Part shown: positions 9,183 through 17,800 of the stretch, piece by piece
Position numbering within the stretch: the stretch's first letter is position 1
How the letters are laid out: every line of letters begins with the position of its first letter
From: an uncultured Candidatus Saccharibacteria bacterium
Lineage (GTDB): Bacteria > Patescibacteriota > Saccharimonadia > Saccharimonadales > CAYUUR01
Assembly (NCBI GenBank): GCA_964510235.1
Contig: CAZEBF010000001.1
Coordinates: forward strand, 13,001-77,000
Length of the DNA: 64,000 nucleotides
Reading direction: 5' to 3'
Notes under the pieces: generated by a model
What the model was told of the DNA's origin: nothing
Databases searched by the model: none
The model's input: the letters and a program-made list of their open reading frames with translations, nothing else
Made by a program: the position numbers and the translations under genes

Positions 9183-9563
9183 CTAGTTGTCTTTGGTGAA
9201 GAATGAAATGTTGAAGCCTTCGGGGTCGGTGATGCGGAAGGAGGTATCTCCCCAGCTGTTGTGACGCAGTTCATGAACAACCGGCGTGTTGTCTTTGAGC
9301 TTTTCCCAGAGGCCTTCCACGTCAGTTACTTCCCATGACACATCGGCACCCTGCACTTGCTTGTAACCATCAGGCGGACTGAGCAGTTCGAGCGTAGTAT
9401 TCCCTACCAAGAACATAACACCTTTGTTGTTTGGGCCGTTATCCCACTCGTGAGTAACCACAAAGCCAAGCTTGTCTTCATAGAAGCTACGAACTAAGCC
9501 AAAATCATTAGGGTAGAGCTTGAGCCGAAACTCATTAACAGAAGTTAGTGCAGGGTCAATCAC
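9183..9563 (-). CDS. VOC-family (glyoxalase/bleomycin-resistance) protein.
   Basis: 126 aa with the betaalphabetabetabeta-module pattern (LGFVVTHEW...LEL...). Confidence 0.5.
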   Translation of the reverse strand: MIDPALTSVNEFRLKLYPNDFGLVRSFYEDKLGFVVTHEWDNGPNNKGVMFLVGNTTLELLSPPDGYKQVQGADVSWEVTDVEGLWEKLKDNTPVVHELRHNSWGDTSFRITDPEGFNISFFTKDN

Positions 9564-9955
9564 ACCTTGTCCTTATATGGTTGAATCGCGACTAATAACG
9601 AATCAATGTCAGTAAGTTTCTGATGTTCGATTAAGACCGGTTTTAATTCTTGCAGGATTAGGCCGAGCTCGTCTTTCGTTAGTGCAACGTAGAACTTACG
9701 TTCGTGACCAATACTAGCGCCCCTGTCGACAACAATACTGCCTGCTTCACCATCTGTACTATTACCCACAAAGAAGTCTAGCTCATGAGTGTCCTCGGCC
9801 GTATAACCAGGAATGTTGCCATAGTCTACCGGGTATGTGACGCCCTTGAGTGGATAGTTACTGTCTGGCGCTAATCTAAAGTCATAGTACTGGTTTGCTG
9901 GTACATCGACAACGAAGGTGCTGAGTGGTTCTGGAAGACTTTCTGCAATATTCAT
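9560..9955 (-). CDS. Short inorganic pyrophosphatase (family I)-like protein.
   Basis: FVVDVPANQYYDF...YPVDYGNIPGYTAEDTHELDFFV parallels the PPase motif YVVIEIPAN...YPxNYGxIPxT..DGDPLDVLV. It is only 131 aa, against about 175 aa for canonical enzymes. Confidence 0.4.
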   Translation of the reverse strand: MNIAESLPEPLSTFVVDVPANQYYDFRLAPDSNYPLKGVTYPVDYGNIPGYTAEDTHELDFFVGNSTDGEAGSIVVDRGASIGHERKFYVALTKDELGLILQELKPVLIEHQKLTDIDSLLVAIQPYKDKV

Positions 9956-9972
9956 GACACCATCATAGCAAA

Positions 9973-9991
9973 AGAGACCTGAACGGTCTCT
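9973..9991 (-). terminator. Intrinsic terminator hairpin.
   Basis: agagacc tgaac ggtctct followed by a T-run on the minus strand. It sits immediately upstream of the PPase-like gene start. Confidence 0.55.
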
Positions 9992-10134
9992 TTAAAATAG
10001 TTTTTGTGGTTGGCGGACCGACCGGGTAATGCACGGCTGCGGGCTTTCTCGGAGCAAGCTCCTGTGAGAGCCCTTACCGACCGAACCGCGGCTTCGCCGT
10101 ATCCGGTTCGAATCGCAGACAAGTCTGCCCAATG

Positions 10135-10158
10135 AAAAAGCCCAGTCGCAAGGACTGG
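10135..10158 (-). terminator. Intrinsic terminator directly downstream of tRNA-Asp.
   Basis: On the minus strand: CCAGTC-CTTGC-GACTGG followed by GCTTTTTC. Confidence 0.6.
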
Positions 10159-10168
10159 ACTCTTTCAT

Positions 10169-10245
10169 TGGCGGGCCCGACCGGATTCGAACCGGCGATC
10201 TCCTCCGTGACAGGGAGGCATGTTAGGCCTCTACACCACGAGCCC
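10169..10245 (-). tRNA. tRNA-Asp, anticodon GUC.
   Basis: The reverse complement is GGGCTCGTGGTGTAGAGG...CCTCC CTGTCAC GGAGG...GGTTCGAATCCGGTCGGGCCCGCCA. The cloverleaf folds and the CCA end is encoded. Confidence 0.8.
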
Positions 10246-10320
10246 GCATCTGTTGTTGCGTTCGCTAAACGAACGAATAACAGGGGCAATCATAGCAAGA
10301 TTTTAGTTAAAAAGCAATGA

Positions 10321-10827
10321 TTACTGCGCTGGCACTTCTTGATCGGCAGCAACACTAATGACGTTAACAATCTGGTTGGTGGACGGTCGATAGATAATTA
10401 CTTTGCGCTGTTCCTGGTAAATAAGTAGCTTGTCGCCGTTCTTTACGCCTGCAAAAGCTGGATTGTCAGCAAATCTACTCTCGTCACTTACCTCGGCAGG
10501 AACCGGCTGTTCACCGTTAGGCAAAATCATAATCTTACTCACTTGGCCGACCAAGTCTTTAGACTCCGCTTCGACGGCTTTAACCGGATCGTTAAATCTG
10601 TTGAGTTCAGCACGCGCATCCAAGTACTGCCAAATCAACAAACCAACTGCAACCACAGCAAATACGGCAAGAGCTCGCTTGAGGTTCATCTTGGTAAGTT
10701 TGCTTTTAAGATTTTTGGTTGTTCGTGACGCTTTTTGGTCGCCACTGTTTACTTCGATGTTCATACTTCCCCTGTTACCGTTTAAGTTTATCTTGTTCGA
10801 GCAATTCAAGCAATAAATGCTAGTCAT
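10321..10827 (-). CDS. Hypothetical membrane-anchored protein.
   Basis: 168-aa ORF with a basic N-terminus, a single TM helix (LAVFAVVAVGLLIW) and an extracytoplasmic tail. The start codon is uncertain. Confidence 0.4.
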   Translation of the reverse strand: MTSIYCLNCSNKINLNGNRGSMNIEVNSGDQKASRTTKNLKSKLTKMNLKRALAVFAVVAVGLLIWQYLDARAELNRFNDPVKAVEAESKDLVGQVSKIMILPNGEQPVPAEVSDESRFADNPAFAGVKNGDKLLIYQEQRKVIIYRPSTNQIVNVISVAADQEVPAQ

Positions 10828-10858
10828 TAGGGTAGTGTGTTAGTACAATATTATCTAC

Positions 10859-11803
10859 ATGAGGAAGTTACGAGCGTACCAGATCGCCACGATACTACTC
10901 GCAGTTTTATGCGTAGTGCTGGCTTATCAGGTAATGACAACCAAGGACAAGTTGCCGTCAAAAGCTCAGAGCGAATACCCGCTGCTGGCCAAACGCATCT
11001 TTTTGGATCAACCAAACGACACAATTATCAACTTTTCACCCCTCAGAGAAGACGTCAAAAAGTATTTAGCTGACTCTGGTATTCCGCACAGCTTTTACTT
11101 TGAATACCTGCCAACAGGTACGAGCATTCGTGATGGAGAAGCAAACGAACTGGTCGGAGCCTCACTCATGAAGATACCTATCGTTATGGACCTATACAAA
11201 GCTGCCGAGATGGGCAAAGTCGACCTCGACAAGCAAGTCACCGTGCCTCAAGAAGCCGTCAGTAACGACGGTGTATACGGCAATACCGAGCAGCTCAAGC
11301 CAGGCGATCAGATCACGCTGCGTGAAGCCGCAAAAATTGCCCTTACAGAATCTGACAACACGGCTGCTTACCTTGTCTACGCCGCCACGAAAGACATTAT
11401 AAGCGCCGATGATTCCTCTATTAAACGGCTCGACGTAGAGCTCAATGAGACGACCACGTCGTCGGGAAACTATGTATTAATCGGTGCTCGCTCTTACTCA
11501 TCGTTTTTACAATGTTTGTACTTCAGCTGTCACCTCAGCTTCAACGATTCCCAAGAGATACTTGGCTACTTAACGGAGTCCGAAGACAACAACCGATTAC
11601 GCGCAGGCGTGCCAAGCGACGTCAAAGTAGCACGCAAGATTGGTTCATTTAGCGATCAGACCCAGAGTGACTGCGGTATTGTATATGTGCCGAACCGCCC
11701 GTACACCCTTTGTCTCATGCTTCAAGTCGACGACAAGAACGCCGACAAGCATTTCCAGGTAGTATCAAAGAAGGTCTACGACTACGTTACGACCACCAAC
11801 TAG
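10859..11803 (+). CDS. Class A beta-lactamase-family serine hydrolase, membrane-anchored.
   Basis: It has the SxxK motif (SLMK), the SDN loop (ESDNTAAYL) and a KxG motif (ARKIGSF), after an N-terminal TM helix. Confidence 0.65.
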   Translation: MRKLRAYQIATILLAVLCVVLAYQVMTTKDKLPSKAQSEYPLLAKRIFLDQPNDTIINFSPLREDVKKYLADSGIPHSFYFEYLPTGTSIRDGEANELVGASLMKIPIVMDLYKAAEMGKVDLDKQVTVPQEAVSNDGVYGNTEQLKPGDQITLREAAKIALTESDNTAAYLVYAATKDIISADDSSIKRLDVELNETTTSSGNYVLIGARSYSSFLQCLYFSCHLSFNDSQEILGYLTESEDNNRLRAGVPSDVKVARKIGSFSDQTQSDCGIVYVPNRPYTLCLMLQVDDKNADKHFQVVSKKVYDYVTTTN

Positions 11804-14800
11804 TTAATTTTTAACCGGCGGTACTGGAACGTCTATCGTCTTGGCATCTTTGACGCTTACCGCGGTCCATGCGAACTCGATATCTTGTGTGGCATCTTCT
11901 GGCAAGATGATAGTAAAGCCTTCTTTAGTTAGATCATCGTAGGCGAACTGGGCGAACTTACCGTTCTTAATGTTCACAGTGACAACAGGCGTGTCATCGT
12001 ACGGTTTCTCAAACTTGATCACCACTTTCTTCTGTGTCTTGTAGATGGTAGCGAAGCCGGCCGCATCGTTGTTCTGGGTCAGACGACCCTCAATCTCGAC
12101 ATCGTTACGGAAGATGACACTATCTACGAAAGTGGCCATGCGGTGGAAGACGCTTGTGTTGAGGAATTCGACCGGTCCAACCACCTTGAGCGCGCCGTTA
12201 GCGAATAATGCGCCTTCTACCGTCAGACTCTCGCCCACTTTGGCGGTCTTGACCACGAAGTCATCCAGATTAACGCTAGCCTCTGTGAGTTCACTGCCGC
12301 CCGCTTCTGTCGCCGCCTTTGGTCGTGATGTCAGCTTACCAACCAACACTTCAAGACCTTCGATCTTATTGGCCTTAATACTGTCAGCGGTGATGTCTTT
12401 GGCATTGATACTGACGCCGTTGATTTCGTACGCGCTGACTCGATCAGTTAAGATCTCAGAGTTGTCTTCTCCTGGGGCTTGCTGCTGCTTGCGGCCAATC
12501 AGGTAACGGATGATGTCATCAGATTTCTTCAGCTTATCGGCCAAAACACCTTCTTGCAGATTCACTAATGGACCAAGCACGGTGTCTGGCATGGTAAAGC
12601 CACCGTTGCCGAACTCTTCCATGGCTACTTCAACTCTCTGACCGTTGTAATCGACCAGATTCACAAAGACCATCACCGTGCCACATCGAGCACCAGCAGG
12701 ACTACCGTCTGGGCAGTCAATGAGCGTCTCCGTGTTAAGATCCTCCAACACAGTACCGACTACCCGACCAGCACCAACTGCTTTCATTCCATAACCAGCA
12801 ACCGTACTTGAAGTGATACGGTCACCGGATTTGATGGACTCGCCTGGTTTGATCAAGACTTTTACCGGTACGCGTCCACTCAATGCAATCGGGTACGAGT
12901 TCTCTTCTTGTGGACCAATAATGAGACCTGGGTTGGTGGCAACAATACCCAGTGTTTTGTCGTCATATGGCTTGCTTGATGGTACTACCTCACCAACCGA
13001 GTTGTCTTGCATGCTCACTATGTCACCCGGAACAAGCGAATCAAACGATGTGAAGCGCTCGGCAAGGTCAGCACCACCAACACCACCAACCTCAGACGAT
13101 ACTCCTGCCATACCATCAACAATCAGCTCACCACGAATCGATGAGATGTTGTTAAAGAATCGGTCCATGTCTTGTTCAAGGTTGCGGTCTGATTTCTCAA
13201 GCCACAGGTTAGCTGAGGATCCCATTACAACGATGCCATTTTCGACAGAAAGTGCGTCAATATCATCGGCATCAGCGCCTGTCCAGCTAGCGCCAGAGCT
13301 ATCGGTTACTCCAGTATCTGAATGGTATACATTCGAGACAAAGGCATTGGCGTAACCACTAAACACGCTGACTGCCCCGCCATCGGTGCCATTACTGGTT
13401 CCTACGTACAGATCGGGGTTTGAGCCCAGGAAGTTCGTGTTATTGAGGCCAATTGACGTCACAATGTTAGTATCACCATAGAGTTTTTCCGGTATGACTT
13501 CGTAGTCTGAATCAGTACTAGGCGTAACTGTCCATGCAGGACTGACAGTTAAAGTCGTGCCATCATTAGCAATAACCCGACGAGATTGTCCTGCACCCGT
13601 GCCGGCTGTTATTTCTACAAAGCTGCCGACGAATGAGTTCGGTACATAGGTTTCAGCCGAATCGCCAATAGTCGTACTACTGAAAGTAGTCGCAGCGGTA
13701 ACAACTGTTGAAGGTTTTGCTAGGGCGCCGCGTCCTTCCAGATAGATCTTTCGAATCTGGGCTTGTGTCAAAGTATCTGATACAGTTGCGCCGCCACCCG
13801 AAAAGTATACATCGTCGATATCGCCATCCCAGAAGTTGCCACCGGCTGCACCACTACCGTCAGCACCAATAGTTAAAATCTGTGATGCGTCTAGCGTCAA
13901 GGTAGCAGCCAAAGCCGTATCGCAGGTACTGGCCTGCTTTCCGTCAATATAGAGACAGAGCCCAGTATCCGTATTGACCGCTGCAACATGGTGCCACTGA
14001 CCATCGTTATACGTTTGTGTCGATGTAACCGAATCGTCATAGGCTGCAGTTGCAGCAGTGTCTTGTATACCGAACACTATGCTACCTGAGGAGTTCATTT
14101 CGACGGTGTAGCCCGCACCTTCAGTTCCACCAAGAGCCGAGAATCGCTTGTCAATCAACACATCCGTTCCCGCGATTGCCGTGGAGTGCCTGAACCATGC
14201 ACTAACACTAAACGACAGTGCTGCTACGTTGAAGTCCGCATCTGTATCACAAGTTCCGTCATTGTTAGCATCTGAACAGAGGAATTGGCTCGTGCCGTTG
14301 AATCTCAGCCCTGTGCCATGAACACCATTAACCCCATAAGTTGGCGCAACTTCTGGCTCAAGTACGCTGTTTCTAATCGTCGAGTCCGTCAAATCACCAG
14401 ATAGGTTGTCGAAACTAAACATACCTCGCTGCGTACCAGTCATGTATGAGGTTTCACGACTTGTGTTGTAGTGTTTTGACCAGCCGATTACCGTACCAGA
14501 CGGAACGTTAACATCGTGAACTTCGGTCAAGCCGGCTGAATGACCAACGTAGAGAAGGTCGGCTGCATCGTCTGCCATTGAGGCACGTTCAACTACTTTG
14601 AGTGCGTCTGGCGCACCGACTGCAAATGTTGGAGCAGCGGCACCATTCGCAACATTCGGCAAGTTGCCGGCGGCTTCATCAAACAAGTCAGATGGAGTCG
14701 CTTGGTCAGCCTTGGCAACGTCAATACCGACCGTTCCATTTGCCTGTGTACCATACCGTTCTACCTGGCTGAGCGTTACATTGAGGCCATACAAACGACC

Positions 14801-17800
14801 ACGTTTAGTGACATACACTGCGCTAAACTGATCAGTTAAGTTATCGCCGTAATCTAATGTTTTTTGCTCTGACAGGTTAACTACAGATATCGAGTCATCT
14901 GTGGCTGCAGCGATGAAGGTTTTTCCGTTACCTGGGCCACCGTTAGTTTCAATACTACTTGATCCATACAAGACCGAACCGTGTACTGCATTTACAGCGT
15001 TGTGCCGGATCGCCAAGGCTGTCCTACTATCAAGGTTGTAGGTCACTGCCGTGTTTCTGTTAGCAATGTTCTTATCGCCTTGGTCGCGGTCGGTTGTATT
15101 GTAGTTGTACATCCTATCTTGGGTAAAGTCGATAGCATACATTCCACCCGCTGAAGCGCCATTAGCACCGACGTAAACTACACCGTTAAGCGCAAACACA
15201 CTCGATGGATCGTTATTGGTGTCAACACCAATTGCGTAGCCAGCTGCGTTCTGGTTGAACTTCATAAACATTTTGTAGTCGTTAGCGTCAAAGATGTAGA
15301 CAGCACTGGTAGTCGATACGATAATAGCTTTCTTTGGGAATCCTGAAGAGCCACAACGAGTATCACTCGCGATGTTACAAGCGTCACCAAATCCATCGTT
15401 CTTTGTCTCAGTGTACCAGCTGAGCGACTGAGACGTTGGTGAATTAGTCCAAGCACCGGTGTCCGAATCTTTAGTAGTGTCATAGACGTGTACATCGGTA
15501 ATGCCGGTCAACCCAGTCTGCTTGGTGATACCCTTCTTGACCAGGTCACCGTACAAGTCAATCTGCCCAGCAGCACTCGCGCTACCAACCTGGAAGGTTC
15601 CGTCAGTTTTGAGTGTGGCGACATCGCTACGATAGAGGGTCGTGTCGCGTGATGAGCCAAAAGCGATACCGGCACTTGCTGTCGTATTATTTGCATTACT
15701 ACTAAGCCACAACGTCTGCGTGTCTGCCGCCTCAATTGCCACACCATAGTCACTAGTACCATTGGTTTGCGCCTCAACGAACACTCCATAGTTTGATGTT
15801 ATCGTAGAAGAGCTGATTGACGCACTTTGTATGTGCAAGCCGTATCCGTCTGTCAGCGTACCACCACCTGTTAGATTAAGGTGTCCCTGCAGTCCTGCTC
15901 CTTCAGTTATTGTACCTCCGAAAAGGAAGGAGGCAACTTCACCACGCACTCCTACCGCCATAGTGACCCCGCCGGTAAGTACCGCACTTGCACCACCCCT
16001 GATACCGTACAGATACTCGGCATTCGTGCCAGTACTAGCCCCGCCTGCAAATGCGTTTATACCGTATGCCGTGGCAGTTCCGGCGCCCGAATTATCAGTG
16101 TTATTCAGTATATCTAGGCCGTAAGAATTGATTGTTCCGCCCGTGGCGCCAGTTCTCGTCACGGCAATGCGCTGACCATAGGTACTATCTGTACCTGTAT
16201 TTACGACTCCTGTGTCGCTGACGGTTACTTTCAGGCTATATTCATCACTGGCAGTAGTATTGGTGCTTGTAAGCGCCGTGTCTATCTCGCCGCTATCAGC
16301 AATAGTTAATACTGCGGTACCATTGTCTTGGACAATGAAGTCGCCCGTGCCTGCCAAGTTAGTGACAACATTGCCCGACCCATTGTTCGTTATCGTATAA
16401 GCTGGGTTATCGGTTGCATCAAGGGTGTAAGTATACGCACCGGCATCGCTGAGTGTCATAAATGCCGTGCCGTTGTCTTGGAACTCGATGTCGCCAGCAC
16501 TCGCTAAGTTGAAAACCACATCCGCAGCGTCAACTGAGGCGGACGTGACCCGCAAAGGTGAGGCCGTCGAGCCAGTCAGTGTCGCCATATCAGTTATAAA
16601 TTGATCTTGTGTGCCGCCACCGGTTGACGCTGCGTTCTCAGTAAATGTAAAGCCACTTTCGGCTGCGGTCAGCTGCCAATTCCACACCACATTGTTGTCG
16701 GCGTTGTTGATACTTGCCCCTGTTGTTGCAGCAGTCACTTGATCAAGACGAGCCCCGCTACCGCCAGCACCACAACCGGCATCAGTCGTGTTACAAACTG
16801 TCTTGACGACGCCGTTTTCTATAATCTTCACCTTGTTGAGCGTTGAGTCATAGAACAAGCCACCATTGAGCGCACTCAAGTTGCTCGTCGGATCAGCTGT
16901 TGCAGCATCGAGCTGTAGAATGGTTGTATCGCTATCAGTGCCAGTTGAGTTGCCAACTTTAACCAAATTACCACCGCTACCACTCCGCGCCGCGGTATCA
17001 ACTTGTAGCACATTAGCTCCAGCACTCTGTACCCGGAAAGCGTCTACCGAAGCTGCCGAAGGATTAAACAACGTATTCCCTGTCGCCCCCACTGAAGCCA
17101 GCACCGTTCCAGCACTATTCTGCCACTCCTGGAGATTGGCGGTTTGGCCAGCAAAACCCTGAACGACGAGGCCTTTACGCCCGACTGCGTTTGAATTGAA
17201 CTGTACCGCTGCAGCATCGTCCGCAGTATTATTGGCATTCACGGTAAGCTTGTTGTTCGTTCCGTAGCTTGTTGCGTTTAAACCAAGCTGACCTCCGTCA
17301 CTAAACCGCATCATCTCAGTGTATGTCGTAGAGCTTCCGTCGAAGCCCCAAGAGAAGTAATTCCCGGAAGTATTACCGTCTTGATCAGCAACGTTGATGA
17401 TATTACCGTTGCTCGTAATTGAACCATAGTTTGAACTATAACCTAGGTTAAGCCTACTCGGATTTCCGCCGTTTCCGATTACTAGCGATGTATCAGTAGC
17501 GGCGCCACCCTGTACTCGAAAACTACCGTCTGTAGTCAGTATGTTGGCAGATGAACGATACAGATTAGTGTCACCGGAAGTACCAAATGTAAATCGTCCG
17601 GCCGACGATCGATTCAACACTTCAGTAAAGCCTTCGCCAAGTCGCAAGGTTGTGCCAGTAGATTCGAGGGCAAGATTGTTCGATATATAAACTAAGCCTC
17701 CGCTTGCGGTTGCAACACGTAGCGCCGAACCGGCCACAGTAAGTGAGTCGTCTGTTCTCAGTAAATCAGCTCCTGATCTATACAAATTCACGTCACCCGT

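Noticed and set aside
9973-10135. The idea that the structured segment after tRNA-Asp is tmRNA, SRP RNA or a second long-arm tRNA
   Set aside because: A tmRNA-like GATTCGAAC motif is present. However, the segment is far too short for tmRNA, lacks the SRP domain IV motif (GGAA tetraloop / AGCAGCC), and cannot be folded into a cloverleaf with a matching acceptor stem. It is kept only as an unassigned ncRNA candidate.
10074-10320. ORFs 10074..10289 (-) and 10132..10320 (+)
   Set aside because: They overlap the tRNA-Asp gene and its terminator and have no coding signal, so they are spurious.
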